A DNA stretch of 64,000 bases, taken from the NCBI GenBank assembly GCA_963701665.1, contig OY969622.1, positions 428,132 through 492,131 of the forward strand, in the 5' to 3' direction. Shown here piece by piece: positions 9,199-18,016 of this stretch. Origin of the DNA: Candidatus Babeliales bacterium. Lineage in GTDB: Bacteria > Babelota > Babeliae > Babelales > JANWKD01. The translations under genes were made by a program, and so were the position numbers. The notes under the pieces were generated by a model. It saw only the letters and a program-made list of their open reading frames with translations, did no database searches and was not told where the DNA came from. The first letter of the stretch is position 1. The number at the start of each line of letters is the position of its first letter.

Positions 9199-10587
9199 TT
9201 GCGTTAATACGTGCGCGCATTTATATACATTCCCAGCTCCTTGAAATAAGATCAAATCATCTGGTGCAACGATTGCATCAAGATTTCGTTTCAATAATGA
9301 AAAATGTTCTTCATAAGGAACATAGGTAACTGAAAACCGTGGATGCCGTTTTTGAATCGCTTTTGCTAAATTATGCGCGGTAATTTCTGGCAGCGGTGAT
9401 TCACTCGCTGCATAAATATCAGTAATAATGAGATGATCAATGGGACTTTGAACGAGTGTATCGATAAAAAGATCCCACAAAGCGTACGTTCGCGTAAAGC
9501 GGTGAGGTTGAAAAACGACCGTAAGTTTTCCGGACGCGCGTTTGCGATGGAAGGCAACTTCGAGGGTATTCTTAATTTCTTCCGGATGATGCCCATAGTC
9601 GTTGAAAATCTCTGCACCTTTATAGATGCCATTAAAACTGAAACGGCGTTCAACACCTTTGAAATTTGCTAATGCTTGTTTGATATCGGCAAATGGAATT
9701 TCAAGTTCTAAGCATACTGCAAGCGCAGCAAGCGCATTCTGCACATTGTGATTACCCGGCATGGGAATCGTGAGCTTTCCGAGCATCTGTTGCTGATAAT
9801 ATACGCAGCAGGTGGATTGATGTGGCTCTAACACAACATTGTTTGCCCGTATATCGGCTGCTGCATCCAATCCGTATTTTACGATTTTTAAATGAGAGAG
9901 TGGTAATAGGGATCGTACATTTGCATTATCGATGCAGAGAAATGCTTTACCGTAAAAAGGAATGTTGTTGAGAAAGTGCTTAAAAGTATTTTTGATGTCA
10001 TCGACATCACGATACACATCAAGATGTTCAGGGCTAATATTAGTAACCACGGCAAGTGTTGCTTGCAAATGTACTAATGATTTGTCACTCTCATCTGCTT
10101 CAGCAACTAAAAAATCACCTGAACCAAATTGTGCATTGGTTGAAATAGTTTTTAAATGTCCGCCAATAATAACGGTCGGATCTTTTTTAGTTTCGATAAG
10201 AATATGTGAGATAAGTGATGTGGTTGTTGTTTTACCATGGCTGCCAGCGATCGCAATGCTATATTTTGTGCGCATAAGTTCAGCTAACATCAATGCGCGC
10301 GGAATGGTAGGGATGGCACGCGCTTGTGCCGCACGTATTTCAGGGTTGTGCGCGTGAATGGCTGAAGAATATACCACAATATCGATGCTTTCATCATGGC
10401 AAGAAGGGGTATTGTTTCCTTCATAAATTGCGCATCCAAGATTTTTTAAATCATGAATACTTTTTTGATCGAGATCAATATCGCATCCTGAAATGGTATA
10501 GCCTTGATAGCGCAGAATTTTTGCAATGCCGCTCATGCCAATGCCGCCGATACCAACAAAATGAAGATGCACTTTTTTTCTATACAT
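9187..10587 (-). CDS. murC: UDP-N-acetylmuramate--L-alanine ligase
   Basis: FVGIGGIGMSGIA, AGSHGKTTTT, EADESD, DYGHHPEEI, VFQPHRFTRT. Confidence 0.97.
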   Translation of the reverse strand: MYRKKVHLHFVGIGGIGMSGIAKILRYQGYTISGCDIDLDQKSIHDLKNLGCAIYEGNNTPSCHDESIDIVVYSSAIHAHNPEIRAAQARAIPTIPRALMLAELMRTKYSIAIAGSHGKTTTTSLISHILIETKKDPTVIIGGHLKTISTNAQFGSGDFLVAEADESDKSLVHLQATLAVVTNISPEHLDVYRDVDDIKNTFKHFLNNIPFYGKAFLCIDNANVRSLLPLSHLKIVKYGLDAAADIRANNVVLEPHQSTCCVYYQQQMLGKLTIPMPGNHNVQNALAALAVCLELEIPFADIKQALANFKGVERRFSFNGIYKGAEIFNDYGHHPEEIKNTLEVAFHRKRASGKLTVVFQPHRFTRTYALWDLFIDTLVQSPIDHLIITDIYAASESPLPEITAHNLAKAIQKRHPRFSVTYVPYEEHFSLLKRNLDAIVAPDDLILFQGAGNVYKCAHVLTQQKK

Positions 10588-10739
10588 ACATGATTCCCAA
10601 TTTTTATTTACAGATTAGTTGTTATAAAATAACAAAAATGTTTCTGTTCTACAAACTGACAACAATACTATAGAGGTTGATTAGCTGAGAGAATCCATAG
10701 AAATATCCAGTGCGCATGGAAATATGCTTAGGGAAATGT

Positions 10740-10829
10740 TGTCATTCTGAGACAACGAAGTTGTCGTAGGAATCCAATCTGATAAGGATTTTCATTTTAA
10801 AGACTGGATCCCTACGTCGCTATGCTCCT
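10740..10829. repeat. REP-like doublet whose second arm is split by IS110 (remainder at 12029-12038)
   Basis: tgtcattctgag-acaacgaagttgt-cgtaggaatcca ... tggatccctacgtcgctatgctcCT|[IS]|caggatgaca restores a normal arm. Confidence 0.92.
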
Positions 10830-10843
10830 TGTATGTTAAAACA

Positions 10844-11050
10844 AAAAGCATTTAAGAGTAAATTGTGATAATTTAAGAATGAAATATTGTTTAATATCGG
10901 TTGTTTGAGAAAAGCTGATAGATCTCGTCACGCTCCTGGTTTAGAAGAACCGTTCCTGAGTTTGAGACTATCAGCTTACACAAAATTACCTCGAACAATC
11001 ACTAGAGACGTATTAGGTATACGATCTCGTATGTTTACAAGGCTGAGGTA
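10844..11050 (+). ncRNA. Predicted IS110 bridge RNA (target- and donor-binding loops); 5' end approximate
   Basis: TBL stem aagctgatag(10912-21)/ctatcagctt(10968-77) with guides acgctcct and tcctgag; DBL stem tacctc(10987-92)/gaggta(11045-50) with guides acaatcact and tacaag. Confidence 0.88.
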
Positions 11051-11053
11051 TTT

Positions 11054-11995
11054 ATGAAAAACATAGCAGAAGTATATGTAGGTGTCGATATTTCAAAAAA
11101 TAATCTCGATATTTATGTGTATCCTATAGGAAAATTCTTTAAAGTAGCTAACTCAGAAGTTGGCATACAGAACATAATCAAGGAATTAGCTCACTATCAA
11201 GTTACACAAATTGCCTGTGAAGCAACAGGTGGCTATGAACAATTACTTGCCCAATTACTCAAAAAGAACCGATATTCACTTTGGATCGTTGATCCACGAA
11301 GGATAAAAGCTTTTATTATAGCTACTGGCTGTAAAAGTAAAACCGATAAAATTGATGCTAAAAAAATTGCTGAATTCGCTTCTAAAAATTCTCCTAGTTA
11401 CGAGATTGTTAACAAAAGTGAGAATCAGCATAAACTACAAGCTCTAGTTAACCGTAAAAATGATTTAGTAAAATTTTTAGCTGCTGAGAAAACACGACTT
11501 AAACATCCTTCTCACGTATTATATGTTCCTGATATAAAAAGATTTATTGCACTCTTAGAAAGTGAAATTAAATCAATTGAGTCTCGAATACAGGATTTAG
11601 TCAAAGATGATGAAGAGTTACATACAAAATCAAACATTTTGGAATCAATCCCAGGAATCGGTAAAGCTACAGCTGCAACATTACTTTCTTTTGTCCCTGA
11701 GCTTGGGCAGTTAAGCGACAAAAAAATATCCGCTCTAATTGGTGTCTGTCCTTATGACAATGAAAGCGGCAATTACAAAGGCAAAAAATTTATTAAGCAT
11801 GGCAGGCATATTCCTCGTAAAGCACTTTATATGTGTGCATTGACCACGGTAAAGCACCATCTTCCTTTAAGGGAATTTTACCAGCGATTAATGGATGCTA
11901 AAAAACCTTTTAAAGTAGCTATCGTTGCTATTATGCATAAGCTCATTATAATTGCCAATGCTCTATTAAAAAGGGGCGAGTTATGTAGAGCTTGA
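11054..11995 (+). CDS. IS110-family DEDD recombinase/transposase
   Basis: RuvC-like GVDISK, CEATG, KTDKID; C-terminal SIPGIG, GVCPYDNESG (putative catalytic Ser), AIMHKL. Confidence 0.97.
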   Translation: MKNIAEVYVGVDISKNNLDIYVYPIGKFFKVANSEVGIQNIIKELAHYQVTQIACEATGGYEQLLAQLLKKNRYSLWIVDPRRIKAFIIATGCKSKTDKIDAKKIAEFASKNSPSYEIVNKSENQHKLQALVNRKNDLVKFLAAEKTRLKHPSHVLYVPDIKRFIALLESEIKSIESRIQDLVKDDEELHTKSNILESIPGIGKATAATLLSFVPELGQLSDKKISALIGVCPYDNESGNYKGKKFIKHGRHIPRKALYMCALTTVKHHLPLREFYQRLMDAKKPFKVAIVAIMHKLIIIANALLKRGELCRA

Positions 11996-12007
11996 CTATA
12001 AAAATAT

Positions 12008-12013
12008 TTGACT
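12008..12013 (+). promoter_or_regulatory. -35 box (TTGACT) of the IS110 circle-junction promoter; -10 TATGTT at 10832-10837
   Basis: In the joined ends the two hexamers are 17 nt apart. Confidence 0.75.
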
Positions 12014-12098
12014 TTTAACACAATCACTCAGGATGACATCCACCAGTTTAAAATGTTACTTTGCTAATGCTTATGCTCACTATGGGCAGATACATTAC

Positions 12099-12455
12099 TT
12101 ACAGTAATTCGCGTATTTTTAATAATTTTTGTCGGAGTTCAATAAGTTGTTCAACGGATACTGAAAGCACGTTTGTTTGGTTTGACTCCATCGTAGTTTT
12201 TGAAGCGAACAAAGCGTGATTTTTTCCCAATTTTAATGCCTCTTTTGCACCCGCTATGGTAAACTTTTTTTCATAGAGAAGTTCTTTAATCTTACTGAAC
12301 GTTTTTAGATCTTTTTCTTGATAGAAGCGCTGGCCACCTTCTGAGCGCGAAGAATGTACATTGAATTCTTTCTCCCAGAAGCGAATTACAAAGCGTTCAA
12401 CGTTGAGGTGTTGTGCAAGTTCTCCAATACGAAATTGTCGTTTGTTCATTTTCAT
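12099..12455 (-). CDS. MerR-family transcriptional regulator
   Basis: FRIGELAQHLNVERFVIRFWEKEF, GGQRFY; start reassigned to ATG 12455. Confidence 0.9.
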   Translation of the reverse strand: MKMNKRQFRIGELAQHLNVERFVIRFWEKEFNVHSSRSEGGQRFYQEKDLKTFSKIKELLYEKKFTIAGAKEALKLGKNHALFASKTTMESNQTNVLSVSVEQLIELRQKLLKIRELL

Positions 12456-12617
12456 AAATACTCTTCCTTTTTTAAAAGACCTTGTTTTTTTATATAGCTC
12501 AAAATTTAAGTTTTGTATATAAAGATCATCCTTTTGCACTGGATCAAACAGGGAATCTTTGCTATTCTAACTATACTTTGTTTTTCATCCCCGCTATTTT
12601 CACTCATAAGGATTTAT

Positions 12618-14135
12618 ATGAATATTAGAGAATTGTTGATTGTGTTACCTTTGGCGATTTTGACGAGTTTGGGGATACAATACTTCTTTGGTATACGCAA
12701 GGAAGTCCCAACAATTCAGGAAGATCAAAGACCCCTCAATCTCAATGTTACGTTTGTTGAGAAAAAAAATCCTAAAAAACCGGTTATTACTGAGTTTGAA
12801 ACAGAGCATGCGCGGTATAAATTCTCCACTGAAGGTGCATCACTTGAAAATGTAGAATTTAAGCGCAATTGGGGTGGTAAAGAAGGGTATCTGACAACTA
12901 TCTTCCCGCCGGATGCTGAGAACAAGGCTGATCGAGCATTTTTTGTTGCATTGCCGGATGCTACGCCCTATTATTTCGATCTCGTTGATAAACAAGTATT
13001 TGATGATCGCATTGAAATTTCGTACAGCGCAGCATTTAATGATGGGATAATGCGCAAAAAGTTCGTCGTATACAAAAATCTTTTCAAAATAGATCTTATT
13101 ATTTCTCTAGAGCCAAAAAACGCTAACGGCACTCAGTTACGCATGTTCTTACCTGCGCCTATTGTGCCGGAATTGAGAAGCAAAGATATTCTTAAAGGCC
13201 TAGCTGGCGATGCGAATGATACCATCACGAGTGTTGCAATCACCGATGCGAGTGCAAAATCGTGGCGTACGCCGACACTATTTGGCGCTCAAGATCGTTA
13301 TTTTGTACATGCGTGTGTGGCTGATGAGAACAATTTTATTGATCGAGGGTATTTCAATGTTGTTGATGAGCACCATCTTTTTGCGATTTTAGAAAGTCCA
13401 GAAGTGCGTGAACCCTCAACATGGACACTTTCATTTTATGTAGGGCCTAAAGAAGATGAAGCACTCGTTGCTGTAGACCCTCGTTTAGAACAAACGCTCA
13501 ACTACGGTTGGTTTGGGAGAATCTCTCGTCCTGTTTCAAAAATATTATTGCACATTTTAAAACGTATCTATGACTATTGTCATAATTATGGCATTGCCAT
13601 TATTATTTTGACCTTCTTGATGAAAATTATATTGTTTCCTTTTACGTATAAAAGTGAGCAAGGCCTTAAGAAAGGCATGGAATATCAAAAGAAGATGGAG
13701 CATTTGCAGCACAAATACAAGCATGATAAAGAAGGGTTGCGCATTGCACAAGCAGAATTAATTCGAAAGCATGGTATCCCAGGTATTGGCAGTTGTTTGC
13801 CTATGCTGTTATTACAAATGCCGCTTTTTATAGCATTAGGCTGGGTTATTTCTAACTCGATTGAATTATTTATGGCACCGTTTTTATGGATCCACGATTT
13901 ATCAACGCCTGATCCTTACTATATTTTGCCCGTATTGATTCTACTATCGATGATGTTTCATACACCAACTGCTGGTGCAGCGAACGATCCAAAGAAGCGC
14001 GTTTCAACATTTGCGACTGCATTACTTTTTGCCGCATTTGCGACTACCGTTTCTGCTGGGTTAGGTTTGTATCTTTTTACAAGCACAGCGTTGGGAGTAG
14101 CCCAAGCACAGCTAACAAAGAGATTCTTTTCATGA
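12618..14135 (+). CDS. yidC: Membrane protein insertase YidC
   Basis: FYVGPK, NYGWFG, NYGIAIIILT, GSCLPMLL, FLWIHDLSTPDPYYILP; start ATG 12618. Confidence 0.95.
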   Translation: MNIRELLIVLPLAILTSLGIQYFFGIRKEVPTIQEDQRPLNLNVTFVEKKNPKKPVITEFETEHARYKFSTEGASLENVEFKRNWGGKEGYLTTIFPPDAENKADRAFFVALPDATPYYFDLVDKQVFDDRIEISYSAAFNDGIMRKKFVVYKNLFKIDLIISLEPKNANGTQLRMFLPAPIVPELRSKDILKGLAGDANDTITSVAITDASAKSWRTPTLFGAQDRYFVHACVADENNFIDRGYFNVVDEHHLFAILESPEVREPSTWTLSFYVGPKEDEALVAVDPRLEQTLNYGWFGRISRPVSKILLHILKRIYDYCHNYGIAIIILTFLMKIILFPFTYKSEQGLKKGMEYQKKMEHLQHKYKHDKEGLRIAQAELIRKHGIPGIGSCLPMLLLQMPLFIALGWVISNSIELFMAPFLWIHDLSTPDPYYILPVLILLSMMFHTPTAGAANDPKKRVSTFATALLFAAFATTVSAGLGLYLFTSTALGVAQAQLTKRFFS

Positions 14136-14731
14136 TTGAACAGTTGCCGCCATTAGTACATCTGATAAAGCATCTTCAACAAGTTCCTTATTTGGCATCA
14201 AAAAATATTTTTCGTGTTGCTAACTACTTATTGTCAATGGATGCTGCCAAAGCTGAACAGTTTTGTAAAGCGATTTTAATGGCACAGCAAGAAATAGTGC
14301 GTTGTGACTTGTGTTGTACGTGGAAAGAGCGTTCAAAGAAATGTTTATTTTGTGCCTCACCAAAACGCGATCAAAGTGTGATCTGCGTGGTGGAAACATG
14401 GCAAGAATTAATGACGATTGAAAAGACGGGCGGCTATCAAGGCGTGTATCATGTTCTTGGTGGTGTGATTTCGCCACTCGACGGTATTGGCCCGGAAGAT
14501 TTGACAGTTGATCATTTAGTACGACGTATTAATGATGATGTGAAAGAAGTTATTTTAGCAACGAATCAAACGCCGGAAGGTGAAGCGACAGCGGCGTATC
14601 TTGCAAGTAAGCTTAAGAAATTTTCTATTACGCTTTCATGTTTAGCGCGCGGTATTCCGGTTGGTTCTTCACTTGAATTTATGGATCGCTTGACGGTGTA
14701 TAAAGCATTATCCGAGCGAAGACCTTTTTAG
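14132..14731 (+). CDS. recR: Recombination protein RecR
   Basis: C4 zinc finger, YHVLGGVISPLDGIGP, EVILATNQTPEGEATA. Confidence 0.96.
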   Translation: MIEQLPPLVHLIKHLQQVPYLASKNIFRVANYLLSMDAAKAEQFCKAILMAQQEIVRCDLCCTWKERSKKCLFCASPKRDQSVICVVETWQELMTIEKTGGYQGVYHVLGGVISPLDGIGPEDLTVDHLVRRINDDVKEVILATNQTPEGEATAAYLASKLKKFSITLSCLARGIPVGSSLEFMDRLTVYKALSERRPF

Positions 14732-14840
14732 TGTCTTCCCGAGGAGCGAAGCGACGTGGGGATCCAGAACTTTAATAAATCCTTAAGGAATTAATTTTAT
14801 AATCTGGGTTGCCACGCCACATACGTGGCTCGCAATGACA
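14732..14840. repeat. REP-like doublet directly after recR
   Basis: tgtcttcccgag-gagcgaagcga-cgtggggatcca, linker, tgggttgccacg-ccacatacgtgg-ctcgcaatgaca. Confidence 0.9.
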
Positions 14841-14893
14841 GTTTGTTAGCAATGTTATTTTGGTTTAGAGAAATTTTTGTGCTTCAAGTAAAG

Positions 14894-14918
14894 AAGGCGG
14901 TTTTTAAAACCGCCTTTT
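14894..14918. terminator. Bidirectional intrinsic terminator
   Basis: aaggcggtttt-t-aaaaccgcctttt between convergent genes. Confidence 0.75.
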
Positions 14919-14924
14919 AACTTA

Positions 14925-15164
14925 TTATGGAGTATATCCACATTCTTGACTCCCAAGGTCACCATGCACTTTACAGTTATTACAAGCTCTGCAGCATTCA
15001 GGGGTTATCCCCGTTTTTGAGTTACAACATTGTGCACAATCTATTTCAGTGAACGCGCAATTTCCATTGTTACAATTTTGTGATTTTCGTACATTTTTAG
15101 CATCAAGCGTAATAAACGTTGCACAGGTTAGCAAACCAAGGAGTAGTATATAACATTTCTTCAT
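14925..15164 (-). CDS. Small secreted cysteine-rich peptide
   Basis: RBS aaggag, signal peptide ending TLDA, 10 Cys in ~57 aa mature part, own terminator. Confidence 0.75.
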   Translation of the reverse strand: MKKCYILLLGLLTCATFITLDAKNVRKSQNCNNGNCAFTEIDCAQCCNSKTGITPECCRACNNCKVHGDLGSQECGYTP

Positions 15165-15409
15165 AGGTGCTCCTTTTTCAATATTGCGGTAATGTGCTCA
15201 GAGTTGGCACAAAACCACGTCTTGAGGGCCTTGCCTGGAAAAGGTAAGGCGCTCCTTACTATAAGTATATTCTATCTGAAATAATAAAAGCAATAGTTTA
15301 GGGGGATAGCTAAAATTGGGAAATTGTACTATTTTTATTGGTAGCAAAAAGAACATACCAGTGATAGGTTAAATCAAATAATAATCATGATTTTAAAAGG
15401 ATTTTTTTA

Positions 15410-16708
15410 ATGCCAGTACGTTATACTGCATCATCTGCAGCCTATAAAAATCGTCGTGAAGAATTACAAACTCTTGTCAAAAAAATGTACCCCGAAAAAA
15501 AAGGGCTCATTATGCTGTTTGCACAGTTCGAGCCACAAAGTGCCCCTTTTAAACAAGATCCCTCGTTTTATTATTATACCGGCGTGCATGAACCTGCGGC
15601 TGTACTTACACTCGATGTTGAATCGGGAAAATCAATACTATTTGTTCCTAACTTTGGTACTGAACGCGTGAAGTGGATTGCTGATGCACTCGTTCCTTCT
15701 GAAAAACGCGCGCATGAACTTGAGGTTGATGCACTCGAGTATTTGGGAGACATATGTGCCGGCTATACGATGTATCCTTTTTTTGAAAAACGTGAATATG
15801 CAAATGTTTTGGACCTTATAAAAAAATATTGCGATGAAGAACAAACTATTTTTGTATGCAATCCGTTTCGCTCGCACGCGTACGTTAATCAAAAATTTAT
15901 GATCGATCGCATTACGCATTTTGTTCCCGAGCTTTCTGCTGCGAGCGCTGATATTTCTTCGTTAGTTGCCCTGATGCGCAGGAAAAAATCTCATGAAGAA
16001 CTTGAACTTATGTATAAAGCAATCACCATAACGAGTGATGCGCAGGAAACCGCTGCACAGCTGATTAAACCCAATGTGATCGAATACGAAGTGCAAGCTG
16101 GTATTGAATATACGTTTATTGCATCCGGCGGTTCACTCGCCTTTCCAAGCATTGTTGGTGCGGGAATAAATTCTACTATTCTTCATTATCATGATAATAA
16201 TGCCACCATGAAATCAGGTGATTTAGTAGTTGTCGATATTGGTGCACAATTTAATGCCTACTGTGCCGATCTGACGCGTACTTATCCTGTATCAGGAAGT
16301 TTCACCAAACGGCAACGTGAGATTTACGATCTCGTTCTTGACACGCAAGAGTATATAGCGAGTGTTGCAAAACCAGGCATGTGGCTTTCTCATAAAGATC
16401 ATCCCGAGCAATCGCTCAATCATTTAGCAAAAAAATATTTACAGGAAAAAGGGTATGGGGACTATTTTCTCCATGGCATAGGCCATTTTCTAGGGTTAGA
16501 TGTCCATGATGTCGGTGATTATACCATTCCATTGCAGACAGGGGACGTTATTACTATCGAACCGGGTATTTATATTGCCAAGGAGGCACTTGGCGTACGC
16601 ATAGAAGATAACTATTGGGTAGTGGACGATGGAGTGGTCTGTTTGAGCGAAAATCTCCCCAAAACAGCTAATGAAATTGAAGCTATGATGAAAAACAGGG
16701 AACTATAG
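15410..16708 (+). CDS. pepP: Xaa-Pro aminopeptidase (M24B)
   Basis: FYYYTG, VDIGA, DLTRT, HGIGHFLGLDVHD, TIEPGIY, GVRIED. Confidence 0.93.
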   Translation: MPVRYTASSAAYKNRREELQTLVKKMYPEKKGLIMLFAQFEPQSAPFKQDPSFYYYTGVHEPAAVLTLDVESGKSILFVPNFGTERVKWIADALVPSEKRAHELEVDALEYLGDICAGYTMYPFFEKREYANVLDLIKKYCDEEQTIFVCNPFRSHAYVNQKFMIDRITHFVPELSAASADISSLVALMRRKKSHEELELMYKAITITSDAQETAAQLIKPNVIEYEVQAGIEYTFIASGGSLAFPSIVGAGINSTILHYHDNNATMKSGDLVVVDIGAQFNAYCADLTRTYPVSGSFTKRQREIYDLVLDTQEYIASVAKPGMWLSHKDHPEQSLNHLAKKYLQEKGYGDYFLHGIGHFLGLDVHDVGDYTIPLQTGDVITIEPGIYIAKEALGVRIEDNYWVVDDGVVCLSENLPKTANEIEAMMKNREL

Positions 16709-16851
16709 GGTTTTGCTAGGTATTGATGCCAAAATAGATTAAAACCGTCTTTTTATCCCCAAAAACAGGGTAATTTGACGGTTTCATCATTATATGATAA
16801 AATTCTAATAGAAAATCATTATCAATAAAATAAAATGAGAGGTTACATATA

Positions 16852-17988
16852 ATGAAGAAAACTATACTCTTTTCCCTGTTTTTAGCTATTGTTGGTCTAC
16901 AGACTGATTTATTAATGGCTATGAACAAAAGAACAAAAAATGATTCAGTTGAAAGCACCCAAGAATTGAAGGGAAACTCCCCTAAAAAGTTAGCAGTTAT
17001 CTGTTTTGATAAAGTCCTCAATGCAGTTATCGATGAACAAATAGGCTTAACTGATGCGCTCAATGGCATGCCATTAACCGAAGAATTAGCAGAGCAACTA
17101 AGATTGAGATATGTAGAGTTAGTATCGCACATACAAACTGAAGCTGATTTGGATACAATACTTTCATATATTGATCCAAATGAGTCCGTTATCGATGGAC
17201 AGCCTTTATTAACATATTTACTAGCTAATAAAAAGTTACAATTGGCTTATATACTTTTGTTTAAGCATTCAGATGCGTTGGAGTTAACGGTTGTTGATAG
17301 CTATGGACGTTCTGCGCTAATATATGCAATTCGCGCTCAATCATATGAAATGACCTATCATATATTGGATGTATTAGAATGTCGCAATCAGCTTTCTTCA
17401 ATAAATAATGGGCAGTGGGACGCATTTCTTGCGGCATGTAAATATTTTCCTCACGCTATTGAATTGTTAATAGCTAAAGGTATTGATTGTGAAAATAGTG
17501 GTAATAAGGGATTGAAGGCATTTGTAAATAATATAGGTGAAAGAGCTGAGAGAGCTGCTTCTAAAACGATGTATCAATTTGGTTGCTTTAAAAAATTGGT
17601 TCATGCCACTGATTCAGCATTAATAAATGGATACGATCTTTTAACAGATACCATTCTTTATGGCAACGCGCAAATGCTTAAGAAGCTAGTTAAAAGGGGC
17701 ATAGATCCCAATTACAGTAAAAAGCCTAAAGATATGCCTATTTATATTGCAATTGCAACTGGTGAGTTGGAAAAAGTAAAACTATTGGTTGAATGCGGTG
17801 CTGATCTATCACCAGTAAAAAAGATGAGTCCTTTAACATATGCTATAAAACGGTATAAAAGAGCAAGTGAAGATAGTTCTTATGCATATTTTCAGATAAT
17901 AGAGTTTTTATCAAAAAATGGTTCGGTGATGAACAAAAATTTAAAACAAGCGCAAGATCATCCTGAATTATCTAAATTGTTACAATAA
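16852..17988 (+). CDS. Secreted ankyrin-repeat protein
   Basis: Signal peptide; GRSALIYAI, PIYIAIATGELEKVKLLVECGAD, SPLTYAI. Confidence 0.88.
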   Translation: MKKTILFSLFLAIVGLQTDLLMAMNKRTKNDSVESTQELKGNSPKKLAVICFDKVLNAVIDEQIGLTDALNGMPLTEELAEQLRLRYVELVSHIQTEADLDTILSYIDPNESVIDGQPLLTYLLANKKLQLAYILLFKHSDALELTVVDSYGRSALIYAIRAQSYEMTYHILDVLECRNQLSSINNGQWDAFLAACKYFPHAIELLIAKGIDCENSGNKGLKAFVNNIGERAERAASKTMYQFGCFKKLVHATDSALINGYDLLTDTILYGNAQMLKKLVKRGIDPNYSKKPKDMPIYIAIATGELEKVKLLVECGADLSPVKKMSPLTYAIKRYKRASEDSSYAYFQIIEFLSKNGSVMNKNLKQAQDHPELSKLLQ

Positions 17989-18016
17989 TAGTAAGTCTTA
18001 GGGGGAGGAGGTTATA

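Larger units (their letters stand above)
10828..12028 (+). mobile_element. IS110-family insertion sequence (IS621-like architecture), CT core at both ends
   Basis: CT at 10828-10829 and 12027-12028; removing the element and one CT restores the REP; long non-coding left end, short right end; subterminal IR tatgttaaaa (10832-10841) / ttttaacaca (12013-12022). Confidence 0.95.

Noticed and set aside
10828-12028. Classical terminal inverted repeats plus target-site duplication for the IS
   Set aside because: Only the 2 bp CT core is shared at the two ends, consistent with conservative IS110 recombination rather than DDE transposition.
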